A stretch of 64,000 nt of DNA from Trueperaceae bacterium (GTDB lineage: Bacteria; Deinococcota; Deinococci; Deinococcales; Trueperaceae), in assembly GCA_965213705.1 (NCBI GenBank), contig OZ243913.1, positions 3,296,001-3,360,000 of the forward strand, written 5' to 3'. Shown here in pieces: positions 34,584 through 44,893 of this stretch. The notes beneath the pieces were generated by a model. That model made no database searches and was not told where the DNA came from. It was given only the letters and a program-made list of their open reading frames with translations. The stretch's first letter is position 1, and every line of letters starts with the position of its first letter. Position numbers and translations under genes: made by a program.

Positions 34584-35828
34584 ATGACGCAATCCGACAA
34601 AGTCACGCAGTCAGACAAAGTCAAAAAGTTAGCCGAGGAAATTCTCACGCGCTGCGACGCCCTCGCCGAGTTCAGTGAGGACGAAGGCGCGCTCACGCGT
34701 ACTTTTTTGAGTGAACCCGCGCACGGCGCGCTGGCAGCGGTGCGCGGTTGGATGGAGGAAACGGGCATGAGCGTGCGCCTCGACGCGGTCGGCAACATCG
34801 TCGGGCGGTGTGAGGCTGCAAACGAAAACGCTCTCGTCCTGCTCGTCGGCTCCCACCTCGACACGGTACGCGACGCCGGGCGCTACGACGGGATTCTCGG
34901 CGTGCTCTTGGGTATTGCCGCCGCCCAAGCACTGCGGGACGACGCTCTCCCCTTTCACTTAGACGTCGTCGGCTTTTCGGAAGAGGAAGGTGTGCGCTTC
35001 GGCGTGCCGTTTTTGGGGAGTAGGGCGGTGACGGGGACGTTTGAGGAAGGGATGGCAGGGTTGCGCGACGTGGACGGCGTGAGCGTTCGGGAAGCTATTT
35101 CAAACTTCGGTTTGAATCCTGAAAAAATCCCCGAAGCGGCCTACGAGCCCGCAAAACTGCTCGGCTTTGTCGAAGTCCACATCGAACAGGGGCCCCACCT
35201 GGCGGCACTCGATAAACCACTCGGCGTGGTGAGCGCGGTGGCGGGCTCCACGCGTGCCCGCGTCACGTTCACAGGTCAAGCGGGGCACGCAGGCACCACG
35301 CCGATGGCGCTGCGGCGCGACGCGCTCGTCGGGGCGGCACTGTTCGTGCTCGAGACTGAACGTTACGCCAAAAGCGTCCCCGGCCTGGTGGCGACGGTCG
35401 GCCAACTTGCGGCGAGCCCCGGCGCTGTCAACGTCATTCCCGGTACGACTGTTTTAAGTCTGGACGTGCGCCACGCGCAAGACGAAGTGAGGCTCGAGGC
35501 TGTGGCGGCGTTGACAGCGAAAACAGCCGAGATAGCGGGGGCTCGAGACCTCAGCACGGATTGGCAAACCTTGCTTGACCAAGCCGCCGTGCCGCTGGAC
35601 CCTGACTTTCAAAACAGACTTAAAGAGGCTGCCGGGGCAGACGCACCCCTCATGCCGAGCGGCGCGGGCCACGACGCGATGGTGATGGCGCCTTTTACCC
35701 CTTCAGCCCTGCTGTTCGTCCGCTCACCCAACGGAATCAGCCACAACCCGGCGGAGACGGTGCTGGTGGAAGACGTGGCGGCGGCGCTCGAGGCACTCGT
35801 AACCTTCACCCGAGGGCTCCGTGCTTGA
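34584..35828 (+). CDS. allC: Allantoate amidohydrolase (M20)
   Basis: GSHLDTVRDAGRYDG, EEGVRF, EVHIEQG, HAGTTPM, SGAGHDA; operon context. Confidence 0.9.
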   Translation: MTQSDKVTQSDKVKKLAEEILTRCDALAEFSEDEGALTRTFLSEPAHGALAAVRGWMEETGMSVRLDAVGNIVGRCEAANENALVLLVGSHLDTVRDAGRYDGILGVLLGIAAAQALRDDALPFHLDVVGFSEEEGVRFGVPFLGSRAVTGTFEEGMAGLRDVDGVSVREAISNFGLNPEKIPEAAYEPAKLLGFVEVHIEQGPHLAALDKPLGVVSAVAGSTRARVTFTGQAGHAGTTPMALRRDALVGAALFVLETERYAKSVPGLVATVGQLAASPGAVNVIPGTTVLSLDVRHAQDEVRLEAVAALTAKTAEIAGARDLSTDWQTLLDQAAVPLDPDFQNRLKEAAGADAPLMPSGAGHDAMVMAPFTPSALLFVRSPNGISHNPAETVLVEDVAAALEALVTFTRGLRA

Positions 35829-37167
35829 CCTCGTTATCCGCGGCGGCACGCTCGTTACCCCGAAGCGGGTTTTTCGGGCGGATGTGGCGCTCCTCGGCGG
35901 CAAAATCGTTGCGGTCGAAGATGAAATTCTCGAGGCGGCAGAAACGCTGGACGCGACCGGCCTGCACCTTTTTCCCGGCATCCTCGACACGCACGTTCAC
36001 TTCAACGAACCCGGCCGTGTTTCTTGGGAGGGGATTGCGAGCGGCAGCGCGGCCTTAGCCGCGGGCGGCGGCACGCTCTACGCCGACATGCCGCTCAACT
36101 CCGACCCACCGCTGCTGCGCGCCGCCGACTTCGCGGCCAAACGGCGCGCGGCGGAAGCCTCTTCCCACACCGACTTCGCATTCTGGGGCGGCTTAACGCC
36201 GGACAACGTCGAGCACCTGCCCGAACTGGCCGAGTGCGGCGTCGTCGGTTTCAAGGCGTTCATGACCCGCAGCGGCATTCCCGAATTCAAGGCGGCCGAC
36301 GACCTCACGCTGTACCGGGGGATGAGTATGGCGGCGCTTCTCGGCCTCCCCGTCGCCGTCCACGCCGAGAGCGAAAATTTGACGAGCGCCTTGACTCGAG
36401 AACTCCGTGCGAGCGGCGGCACGCTGCCGCGCGACTACCTCTTATCCCGGCCCATCATCGCCGAAACCGAGGCCGTGGGCCGCGCGCTACTGTTCGCGCA
36501 GGAAACCGGCTGCGACCTGCATTTCGTCCACTTAAGCAGCGCTCGAGCGGTCGCCCTCGTCACCGAAGCGCGGCTGCGCGGCGTCCGCGCGACCTGCGAA
36601 ACCTGCCCTCACTACCTGCACTTTACCGACGAGGACTTAGAGCGTTTGGGCACGGTTTTGAAGTGCGCGCCGCCCCTGCGCAGCGACGACGAGCGCCACG
36701 CCCTGTGGCAAGCCCTGTTGCGCGGCGAAATCGACCTCGTCGCCAGCGACCACTCGCCGTCCGACCCCGTGTTGAAAGAGCGCGAAGACTTTTTCGAGGT
36801 CTGGGGTGGGATTTCCGGCGTGCAGTCGACCCTGAACGTGCTGCTGAGCCACCGCGCCGAGCAAGGCTTGCCGCTGCAAAAGGTGGCCACTCTGACCTCT
36901 GCAAATCCCGCCGAACGCTTCCGCTTGCCGCACAAGGGGCGGCTCGAGCCCGGTTACGACGCCGACTTGTGCTTGGTCGACCTGGACGCTACCTTTACGC
37001 TTCAAAAAGACGACCTCTTTTACAAACACAAGACGAGCCCCTACCTCGGCCAGCGTTTCAGCGGCCGCGTCGTCAGAACCCTGCTGCGCGGTCGAACGAT
37101 TTTTCGAGATGGCAAACTTTCCGAGCCGGGCGGTCGCCTCGTTCGGCCGGACACTCTGCTACCCTAG
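35821..37167 (+). CDS. allB: Allantoinase
   Basis: DTHVHFNEPG, DMPLNS, GFKAF, KCAPPLR, SDHSP. Confidence 0.93.
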   Translation: MLDLVIRGGTLVTPKRVFRADVALLGGKIVAVEDEILEAAETLDATGLHLFPGILDTHVHFNEPGRVSWEGIASGSAALAAGGGTLYADMPLNSDPPLLRAADFAAKRRAAEASSHTDFAFWGGLTPDNVEHLPELAECGVVGFKAFMTRSGIPEFKAADDLTLYRGMSMAALLGLPVAVHAESENLTSALTRELRASGGTLPRDYLLSRPIIAETEAVGRALLFAQETGCDLHFVHLSSARAVALVTEARLRGVRATCETCPHYLHFTDEDLERLGTVLKCAPPLRSDDERHALWQALLRGEIDLVASDHSPSDPVLKEREDFFEVWGGISGVQSTLNVLLSHRAEQGLPLQKVATLTSANPAERFRLPHKGRLEPGYDADLCLVDLDATFTLQKDDLFYKHKTSPYLGQRFSGRVVRTLLRGRTIFRDGKLSEPGGRLVRPDTLLP

Positions 37168-37170
37168 CTC

Positions 37171-37941
37171 ATGACCCACTCCCTGCTCACCCAGTTCGGC
37201 CAAACCCGCAGCCGCGTCACCGCTCGACACGCCCTTATCGCGCCGGACGGACACGTCCCGACCGCCCTGCCGGGTTGGAAAAACGCCCGCGGCGTCGTCC
37301 TCATCTCGCCGCAGATGGGCGCGCGCTTCACGCAGTATTTCGCCCTGCTCGAGACGACCGGCGAAGGCACCCCGCCGCTGCCGGGCGTGGAGCGGTTCGT
37401 GTTCGTCCTTTCGGGCGGCGTGACCGTCCAGACCGAGGCCGACACCTTCAATCTCGAGGCCCGCGGCTACGCCTTTTTTCCCGCCGGGGAACCGCACGTC
37501 ATCACAGCAACTTCAGAAACGCGGCTGAACGTGCTCGAGCGCCGCTTTATCCCGTCGGAAACCGACGAGCCCTTGCCCATCATCGTCGGCAACGAAACCG
37601 AGGTTGGGGGCGAGCCGTTTTTAGGCGACGCGAACGTGACCGTTAAAATGTTCTTGCCCGACGACCCACGCTTCGACCTGGCGGTGAACACCATGAACTT
37701 CAAACCCGGCGCGACCTTGCCCTTTGCCGAAACGCACTTCATGGAGCACGGCCTGCTGATGCTTTCCGGCGGCGGCGTGTACCGCCTGAACGACGACTGG
37801 TATCCGGTGCAAGCGGGCGACGCGCTGTGGCTGGGGCCGTACTGCCCGCAGTGGTTCGGCGCGCTCGGGACAGAAGTCTCGTCTTACCTGCTCTACAAAG
37901 AAACGAACCGAGACGTGTTCGCGTTTGAGAAGGAAAGTTAG
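37171..37941 (+). CDS. allE: (S)-ureidoglycine aminohydrolase (bicupin)
   Basis: ETHFMEHGL, PYCPQWF, YLLYKETNR. Confidence 0.92.
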   Translation: MTHSLLTQFGQTRSRVTARHALIAPDGHVPTALPGWKNARGVVLISPQMGARFTQYFALLETTGEGTPPLPGVERFVFVLSGGVTVQTEADTFNLEARGYAFFPAGEPHVITATSETRLNVLERRFIPSETDEPLPIIVGNETEVGGEPFLGDANVTVKMFLPDDPRFDLAVNTMNFKPGATLPFAETHFMEHGLLMLSGGGVYRLNDDWYPVQAGDALWLGPYCPQWFGALGTEVSSYLLYKETNRDVFAFEKES

Positions 37942-38116
37942 CGGTAAAAACAGCAGCCGTGCGCACAGGGGTTAAAGCCTTTTGTGTTTACGACCCTGCG
38001 CTCGGCAGCTGGCTCAACGTGTGGAAAAGTTACGACCTGTGGCACGCACAGTAGAGGCTCGACTTGTCCGAGGTGCGGACGGTTTGACCGGCAAGTGTTT
38101 AGCTAAAAACACGGCC

Positions 38117-38476
38117 CTAGAAGGGATAGTCCCAGCCTTCCCACTCAGCAAAACCGTGAATCTTTCTGGCGATTGCTAAAAAATCATTCTCGTTAAATCT
38201 TTCAACTAGCTTGTTTATGTAAGCAGAAATTTGACTGAAGTCGTACTTAGGAACAATAAGCGTATTAGCACCAGAGACAAAACTATCTTTCTCGAGACGT
38301 TTCTCAATCCAAGCCGGAGTACAAACGAAAAGAGCAAAGCGGTCTCCGTAGTCTTCACCTTTGAATGAGAGAAAGAAATGCACGCCGAGCCCAAAATTTG
38401 CAGCTTGTTCTGGCTCGTATGTTTCAAAGTGGTCAGTCCAAGGGCTATAAATGGAAGTTATCTTCGCGATTGGCAC
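38117..38476 (-). CDS. Imm8-like polymorphic-toxin immunity protein
   Basis: F...VCTPAW core and C-terminal WE..Y; markedly AT-richer than flanks; GAGGAG RBS. Confidence 0.7.
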   Translation of the reverse strand: MPIAKITSIYSPWTDHFETYEPEQAANFGLGVHFFLSFKGEDYGDRFALFVCTPAWIEKRLEKDSFVSGANTLIVPKYDFSQISAYINKLVERFNENDFLAIARKIHGFAEWEGWDYPF

Positions 38477-38502
38477 AGTGACTCCTCATAATCGCGCCGT
38501 CC

Positions 38503-39759
38503 TCAATCCCCCGCCGTCAGCGCCGACGCGTCCAGCGCGCGCAACTCCTGAAAGCGGAAGGCGAAACTGAGGGCGGTTAGGGCGACCAGCGCCGCCAGCC
38601 CGAAGGTGAGGCGAAACCCGAGCAGTCCGACGAGACCCCCCGCCAGAATCGGCGCGAAGCTCGGCAGGGACAGCAGGCTGTTGGCGGTGCCCACGTAAAG
38701 GGGCCGTTCGCTCTCGGGCGACACGGCGTAGAGGAGGTTCCAGGCGGCGATGCCCATGCCGGCCTGCCCCGCCGCCGAGAGCATGAAGACCGCGGCGAAC
38801 AGTTGCCAACTGGGCAGCAGCAACGCCGAGACCGAGGCGGCCAGCAGGAGCATGATGCTGATTTGCAAGACGTCGACGTTGTGCCCGCGGTCGGCCGGGC
38901 GGCGAAACAGCAAGTTGGCGGTAATCGAGGCCGAGGTTGACAGAATTACGAACAGACCGAGCGAGGTCGTGGGGGCGTCTAGGTTTCGGAGGGCATATAC
39001 GGCGTAGAACGGGTCGGCAAGTAACGCCAGCAGCGCCAGGAAACGCACGCGCATGTAGCGGCGAAAACTGGGGTCGCCCTGCAACAAGCTCGGAATTTGC
39101 CCGACGAGTTTGCGAAACGGCTGTTTGGTCGCGGGCTTTCCGGCGGGTTCGCGGATGAGCGAAAAGGCAAGGTTGGCCGCGCCGTAAAGGGCCGCGCCGA
39201 ACACAAAAATAATGCCGAAGTTGCGGGGAAAAGCTACGTCCGTCGCTAAAAAGTGGCGCAGCAACAGTCCGGCCAGCAGCGCGAGCGCCCCGCCGATGGT
39301 GTTGCGGAGCGCCCAGAAGGTGCCCAACCGGTAGTGCGGCACGACCTTCGCGGTCACGTCGGCGAAGGGGATGCCCGAGATGCCGCCCGCAATTGACACC
39401 GTCCCGATGGTTGCCAACACCATCAACATCAGAAAGCCGGGTCGGTCGGGGAACGCGAAAATGGCCGCGACCATCAGGGTGTAAGCGGTGATTCGCACGA
39501 GCGAGGTGCGGCGGTACCAGGGCAGCTTGAACGGCTCGTGCGCCAAACGGCTCGCGACGAACAGTTGGGGCAAAAACCAGGCCCCGACCTTTAGGGCCGG
39601 GATAAGTCCGATGACCACGGCGGGCGCGCCGAGCGTCGCCAAAAAGGGGGCCATGACTAAGTTGCTGTGAAAAAAGGCGTCCGCTCCGTTGACGAACACG
39701 CCGTTGTAGACGCCGAGCCAAAAGTTACGGTTGGGTTCGCCGAGGCCTTTGGCTTGCAT
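38503..39759 (-). CDS. MFS transporter
   Basis: About 12 hydrophobic segments; TAGGAT 7 nt before ATG at 39759. Confidence 0.85.
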   Translation of the reverse strand: MQAKGLGEPNRNFWLGVYNGVFVNGADAFFHSNLVMAPFLATLGAPAVVIGLIPALKVGAWFLPQLFVASRLAHEPFKLPWYRRTSLVRITAYTLMVAAIFAFPDRPGFLMLMVLATIGTVSIAGGISGIPFADVTAKVVPHYRLGTFWALRNTIGGALALLAGLLLRHFLATDVAFPRNFGIIFVFGAALYGAANLAFSLIREPAGKPATKQPFRKLVGQIPSLLQGDPSFRRYMRVRFLALLALLADPFYAVYALRNLDAPTTSLGLFVILSTSASITANLLFRRPADRGHNVDVLQISIMLLLAASVSALLLPSWQLFAAVFMLSAAGQAGMGIAAWNLLYAVSPESERPLYVGTANSLLSLPSFAPILAGGLVGLLGFRLTFGLAALVALTALSFAFRFQELRALDASALTAGD

Positions 39760-39914
39760 AGGCGCTATCCTACACCCAAAACGCAAATGTCAGGGCGTAG
39801 TTTTTCGCTCAGGTTTTCGTCTTCTCTTTTAGGGGAAGTGTTCAAAGGGCGAAGGGGTAGAAGGAACGCGGGCACCAACCGACGTTTTGGAGCTGTTCGC
39901 TATAAGCTCGAGCC

Positions 39915-40931
39915 CTACCCCTGCGGACGGCCCTCGTTGTTCCGCCGCGCCGCCCGGTCGGAGAGCGTCGTCAGCAGCGACGGCGCGAACCCGGAGCGGC
40001 TTTCCCAGCCCGTTTGTAGGGTGTCTCCGTCTACAGGATTCTCGCCCGGCAGCAGACGGGTCGTGAGTTTCAAAAGCTGCGCGGTGAGTTCGGGAAAAAG
40101 GGCGTTTGCCCCCGCCGCTAACTTGCCTTGAACGCCGGTGACGAGCTGCGCCCGCCCGTTGCGGCAAGCCTCGACGATGTCCCGTGCCGCCCTTGAAGCG
40201 CTCATCGACACGCCCGGCAGCGAGTCGGACACGGCGAACCAGACGAGTTCTCGTTCGTGCTGGCCTTTGAGCTGCACGTTGAGGTACGAACCCGTGCGAA
40301 TAAGCCAGGGACAGACCGTCGTCACGGTGATGTTGTCGCGGGCGAGTTCCGCCCGCATTCCGTCGGACAGGCCGACGAGCGCGAACTTGCTCGCCGAGTA
40401 GGGAACCAGGTGCGGCACCGCCACCTTGCCGCCGATAGAGGCGATGTTGACGATGCGCCCGCCGCCCTGCGCTTGCATGTGCGGGACGGTCTCGAGCATT
40501 GTGTAGAGCGGTCCCCAAAAATGTACGTTCATCGCGTTCTCAAAGTCTTGCTCAGCCATGTGCGCGACCGGACCCGCCTGGATGATGCCGGCGTTGTTCA
40601 CGAGTACGTCGATAGTGCCGAAGTAGGAGAGGGCACCCATCACCGCTTCTTTGACTTGCTCCCGCTCCCGCACGTCGCAGGGGATGGTGAGAACATCGGC
40701 TCTGTACCGTGACCGCAGTCCGGCAGCAGCGCGGTTGAGTTCAGTTTCGTCCCTTGCCACCAACGTCAAACGTGCGCCCTCGGCGGCGAACCGCCGCGCC
40801 AGCAACAGGCCCAAGCCCTTCGAGCCGCCCGTGATGAGGACGGACTTGTCCTTAAAGCTTTTGCGCCCTGAGAAAGCCCAGGCCAGGGCGGCACCCGCCA
40901 CCCCGGCCAAGAGGACTTCGCGCTTTTGCAC
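39915..40931 (-). CDS. SDR oxidoreductase
   Basis: TGGSKGLG, NNAG, YSASK. Confidence 0.9.
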   Translation of the reverse strand: MQKREVLLAGVAGAALAWAFSGRKSFKDKSVLITGGSKGLGLLLARRFAAEGARLTLVARDETELNRAAAGLRSRYRADVLTIPCDVREREQVKEAVMGALSYFGTIDVLVNNAGIIQAGPVAHMAEQDFENAMNVHFWGPLYTMLETVPHMQAQGGGRIVNIASIGGKVAVPHLVPYSASKFALVGLSDGMRAELARDNITVTTVCPWLIRTGSYLNVQLKGQHERELVWFAVSDSLPGVSMSASRAARDIVEACRNGRAQLVTGVQGKLAAGANALFPELTAQLLKLTTRLLPGENPVDGDTLQTGWESRSGFAPSLLTTLSDRAARRNNEGRPQG

Positions 40932-40934
40932 GGT

Positions 40935-42104
40935 TTAAGGCGTCAGGACGACCTTGACACAGTCGTCCTCTTTGTTTTTGAAGATGTCGTAGCCTTGCGG
41001 GGCGTCCTCGAGCTTCAGGCGGTGGGTGATAATCGCCGCGGGGTCGACACTGCCGTCGACGATTTTCTCGAGCAGCGGCTGCAGGTAGCGGTGGACGTGG
41101 GTTTGGCCCATCTTCCAGGTGAGGCCTTTATTAAAAGCCGCGCCCATCGGGATTTTGTCGATAATGCCGCCGTAAACACCCGCCACCGACAGGGTACCGC
41201 CCTTGCGGCAGGCCATGATGGCCTCGCGGAGCGCGTGGGGTCGGCCGGTCTCCAAGCGCACCGACTGCTTGACCTTGTCGTACACGCCCGCCACGCCCAT
41301 GCCGTGCGCTTCCATCCCGACGGCGTCAATGCACACGTCCGGGCCACGACCGCCGGTCATCTCGTTCAGGGTCTCGAGGACGCTTTTCTCCTCGTAGTTG
41401 ATGGTCTCGGCTTTACCGTAGGTCGCGGCCATGCTGAGGCGTTCGGGAAAACGGTCGATAGCGATGACGCGCTCCGCGCCGAGCAGCCAGGCGCTCTGAA
41501 TCGCGAACTGTCCGACCGGCCCGCAGCCCCACACCGCGACGACCTCGCCGCCCTGCAAGTCGGCCTGGTCGGCGGCCTGGTAACCCGTCGGGAAGATGTC
41601 GGTGAGGAACAGAACTTGCTCGTCGCTCAGGTGGTCGGGAACCTTGAACGGCCCCACGTCGGCGAACGGCACCCGCACGTACTCGGCTTGCCCGCCCGCG
41701 TAACCGCCCATGATGTGCGAGTAGCCGAAAATTCCCGCCGGCGAATGCCCGAAAAACGCCTCGGCGATGCCCGCCTTGGGGTTGCTGTTGTCGCAGAGCG
41801 ACCACAGGTCGTGTCCGCAGAAAAAGCAACTCCCGCAGGCGATGGGAAACGGCACCACCACGCGGTCGCCGACTTGTAAATTCTTGACCTCCGGCCCGGT
41901 TTCGACGACCTCGCCCATAAACTCGTGGCCCAGGATGTCGCCCTTTTCCATCATCGGAATATAACCGTCGTACAGGTGCAGGTCCGAGCCGCAAATCGCG
42001 GTCGAGGTCACCTTGATAACGGCGTCGTGCGGGTTCAGGATTTCCGGGTCGGGAACTGTTTCGACCCGAACGTCGTTGGTGCCGTACCAGCAAAGTGCTT
42101 TCAT
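40935..42104 (-). CDS. Zinc-dependent alcohol/formaldehyde dehydrogenase-like
   Basis: ICGSDLH, GHEFMG, CGSCFFC...C, GCGPVG. Confidence 0.92.
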   Translation of the reverse strand: MKALCWYGTNDVRVETVPDPEILNPHDAVIKVTSTAICGSDLHLYDGYIPMMEKGDILGHEFMGEVVETGPEVKNLQVGDRVVVPFPIACGSCFFCGHDLWSLCDNSNPKAGIAEAFFGHSPAGIFGYSHIMGGYAGGQAEYVRVPFADVGPFKVPDHLSDEQVLFLTDIFPTGYQAADQADLQGGEVVAVWGCGPVGQFAIQSAWLLGAERVIAIDRFPERLSMAATYGKAETINYEEKSVLETLNEMTGGRGPDVCIDAVGMEAHGMGVAGVYDKVKQSVRLETGRPHALREAIMACRKGGTLSVAGVYGGIIDKIPMGAAFNKGLTWKMGQTHVHRYLQPLLEKIVDGSVDPAAIITHRLKLEDAPQGYDIFKNKEDDCVKVVLTP

Positions 42105-42149
42105 GGTCCCCCCTCGAGGTGGTTTTAAGTTTGACTTACAGGATGTGAG

Positions 42150-42247
42150 AGAAAGTACCGAGTACCGAGTGAAAAGTAAAAAGGAGAAAGTGAAAGTCAA
42201 AAGCTTTTACGCCCCTGCTCCCCTTCTCCCCTACCCCCTACTCTTTT
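42150..42247. repeat. AGTACCG-heptamer dispersed repeat element, copy 3
   Basis: GAAAGTACCGAGTACCGAGTGAAAAGT plus a CCCCT-run segment. Confidence 0.75.
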
Positions 42248-42250
42248 GGC

Positions 42251-42988
42251 CTAGCCCGCCCGGCCTGAGGTTTGGCCGTCGACGGTGGCGACCTCACCGG
42301 TTTCCATACGCTGTTTGAACTTGCGCAGGTCTTCGCCGACTTGTTGGTTGGGCTCTTCGCCGAACAGCTTGGCGACCGCCGCGCCGACCGGACCCAAGGG
42401 CGGGTGGTAGGTCAGCGAGACTTTGAGTTCGGTGCCGCGCCCACCGGGGGCGTCCCTGAATTCGACGTAACCCTCGTTGGGAACCGTTGCGCCCTCGAGC
42501 GACCGCCAGGCGATGCGCTCGTTTTTCTGGTCGTAGACCAGTTCGGCGTCCCATTCGATAGAAGTGTTGACCGGACCCTTGGCGACCCAGTGCGAGCGGT
42601 CACCCTCTAAGTTTTCGACCGACTTGAGGTGGCTCATCACGTGGGGTAGGTTTTCAAAGTCGCGCCAGTAGTCGTACAACTCCGAAGCAGGTTTGTCGAT
42701 GGTGACGCTTTCAACAACGTCGACGCCGCCACTGCGCTCTTCTTTGCCAAATCTTTGGCGCTGCGGCTTGGCGGTGAAGCCTTGGTAAACCACGTAAGCG
42801 CCCGCGAGCGCAAACAGCGAGCCCGCCACGACGGCCGTCCAGTTGGTCTTGTTCCGGTGGTAAGCGAGTTCGTCCTCTTCGATGTAGTCGTACAGGTCGT
42901 AGTCAGTTCGGTTGTAGTCGGTTCGGTCGTTCGTTGCGTAGTCCACACCGTAGTAAGCGGTGCGCCCTCGAATCGTCGTCTCGTCCAT
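42251..42988 (-). CDS. SRPBCC (polyketide cyclase/dehydrase) family protein
   Basis: YWRDFENLPHVMSHL, SHWVAKGP, IAWRS, EDLRKFKQRMETGE. Confidence 0.9.
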   Translation of the reverse strand: MDETTIRGRTAYYGVDYATNDRTDYNRTDYDLYDYIEEDELAYHRNKTNWTAVVAGSLFALAGAYVVYQGFTAKPQRQRFGKEERSGGVDVVESVTIDKPASELYDYWRDFENLPHVMSHLKSVENLEGDRSHWVAKGPVNTSIEWDAELVYDQKNERIAWRSLEGATVPNEGYVEFRDAPGGRGTELKVSLTYHPPLGPVGAAVAKLFGEEPNQQVGEDLRKFKQRMETGEVATVDGQTSGRAG

Positions 42989-43177
42989 GAGCCTCTCCTT
43001 TTCTTGCGACCTACAGGGTCACTACCGCCATTATGAAACCCCGGTCACGGTTCAAACCGTATCGCTGACCGTGTTGTCACGCCGCTCCAAACGTTATACC
43101 CCCTCACAATTGTTTTGTAAGGTGGGGCGTAGGGTTGCAAAGGCGTCGAGTTTTGTTGAGAGCGGGGGTTTCAAAAC

Positions 43178-43888
43178 GTGGCTATCAAAGGTCTTATTTT
43201 AGATGTAGACGGCACCCTGGTCGACAGCAACGCCTTTCACGCTCGAGCCTGGCAACAAGCGATGGCCGAAGCGGGTTTTATGGTCGGGCTGGAGCAAATC
43301 AAAACCCTCATCGGCATGAAAGGCAGCCTGCTGTTGCCAAAGGCCGTAGGGGTCGAGGCGGACAGCGACACGGGAAAACGCGTCGACGCGCGCCGCGCGG
43401 AACTTTTTAAAAAGCGCTATTTGCCCCAAGTCAGGGCGTTTCCCCGAACCGAAGAACTTCTTGCCCGTCTTCACGACGACGGCGTACAGATGGTGGTGGC
43501 GAGTTCGTCGGAGGACGAGGTTTCAGAACCCTTGCTGAAGCGGGCCGGGGCCAAGTCAATTGTCGAAGGCAAGACCTCCGCCGAGGACGCCGAACACTCC
43601 AAACCCGCGCCGGACATCGTCGAAGCCGCCCTTGAAAAGTTCGACTATCCCAGAGCCGAGATTTTGATGCTTGGCGACACGCCTTACGACGTCGAGGCGG
43701 CCACCCGTGCGGGCGTGGGCTGCGTCGCGCTGCGCTGCGGCGGCTGGGACGACGCGAGTCTGAGCGAGGCCGTGGCGATTTACGACAGTCCGGCGGACCT
43801 GCTCGAGCACCTGGACACCTCGCCGCTGGCGCAGAAGAACGGCGCAGAAGAACGAACAACCCGTGCAAACCGACGGTCGTTGACCTGA
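43178..43888 (+). CDS. HAD family hydrolase
   Basis: LDVDGTLVDS, SKPAPD, LGDTPYD. Confidence 0.92.
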   Translation: MAIKGLILDVDGTLVDSNAFHARAWQQAMAEAGFMVGLEQIKTLIGMKGSLLLPKAVGVEADSDTGKRVDARRAELFKKRYLPQVRAFPRTEELLARLHDDGVQMVVASSSEDEVSEPLLKRAGAKSIVEGKTSAEDAEHSKPAPDIVEAALEKFDYPRAEILMLGDTPYDVEAATRAGVGCVALRCGGWDDASLSEAVAIYDSPADLLEHLDTSPLAQKNGAEERTTRANRRSLT

Positions 43889-44107
43889 GTAGACCTTGCA
43901 AAAATCCAACTGGACAGCGGTAGTGACCGGTCGTGTCGTTGCTCAGTTGATACTTATCAAGAAAAGTCTAGTACCCCCGTTCACAAAGAGGTTTTCGCCC
44001 CACCTTCGCCACGCCGGGAAACACGCTTTTGCTTTTCAACAAGGTCAATCTTGACCGAAATGTCGACCAAAGCTTGACAACAAAACTCAAACTCGACCGG
44101 GAGGTGT

Positions 44108-44893
44108 TTAGCTGCTCGCGCTCGTGTAGTTCGCCACCGCGTAGCGCCAGAACAGGCGGCTCAGCCCGAACAGCGCGCTCGCCATGACCACGCTGCCGAG
44201 TACAGCCCCCGGCGTGAGCCGCCCGACCGCCGCCGAGGCGGGCACGGTCGTGATAAAGGCAATCGGCACGACGAAAGTCAAAAAAAAGCGCGCCCAAACA
44301 GGAAACGCCGTGACCGGAAAACGCCCGGCGGTAAAAAACGCATAGAACAGTTCGCTGACGTTGGCGACCTTGACGAGCCAAAACGCCGTCGTCGTGAGCA
44401 TCAACCAAATCGCGTAAACGATTACCGCGCCGCAAAACAGCAGGCCCGTCGCCAGCAGCACGGTGACGAGGTTGAGCTGTCCCGCCTGCGCCATACCGTA
44501 GCCGATAAGTCCGAAAGCGAGCAGCAGTTGCGGCACCATCCACACGCTCAAAAATCGGGCCGACACCATAAACTGCGCGCTGATGGGTTTGAGCAGAAAG
44601 AAGTCCATGTTGCCGGTGCGAACGTATTCGGGCAACTTGTTCAGGTTGGGATACATAAAGATGTCGATAAGCGCCTCTAAGACCATAAACACGCCGTACA
44701 GCGTCAGCGCCTCGCCGAAGCTCCAGCCGCCGACCGAGTCGGCGTTTGCAAACATCGCGTACAACACGAGCAAACCCGTCGCGGTGGTGATGAGCGAGTT
44801 GAAAATGTTGAGGACGAAGTTGCCGCGGTACTCGAGTTCGAGTTGCAGCGAGTTGGCGGTAAAAATGCGCATGAGTTTGAAATAGCGTCTCAC
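44108..44893 (-). CDS. ABC-2-type (DUF990-like) permease
   Basis: LEYRGNF, VRTGNMDFFLLKP, YTSASS C-terminus; GTGA overlap. Confidence 0.88.
   Translation of the reverse strand: MRRYFKLMRIFTANSLQLELEYRGNFVLNIFNSLITTATGLLVLYAMFANADSVGGWSFGEALTLYGVFMVLEALIDIFMYPNLNKLPEYVRTGNMDFFLLKPISAQFMVSARFLSVWMVPQLLLAFGLIGYGMAQAGQLNLVTVLLATGLLFCGAVIVYAIWLMLTTTAFWLVKVANVSELFYAFFTAGRFPVTAFPVWARFFLTFVVPIAFITTVPASAAVGRLTPGAVLGSVVMASALFGLSRLFWRYAVANYTSASS

Noticed and set aside
36024..37646. Long alternative-frame and antisense ORFs (e.g. 540 aa here; also 19587-20705, 54059-55165, 56686-57843)
   Set aside because: Arg/Ala/Pro-rich shadow ORFs of high-GC coding DNA overlapping well-supported genes.
37942..38116. 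attC site downstream of the Imm8-like gene
   Set aside because: Some hairpin potential, but no RYYYAAC...GTTRRRY frame with L boxes.
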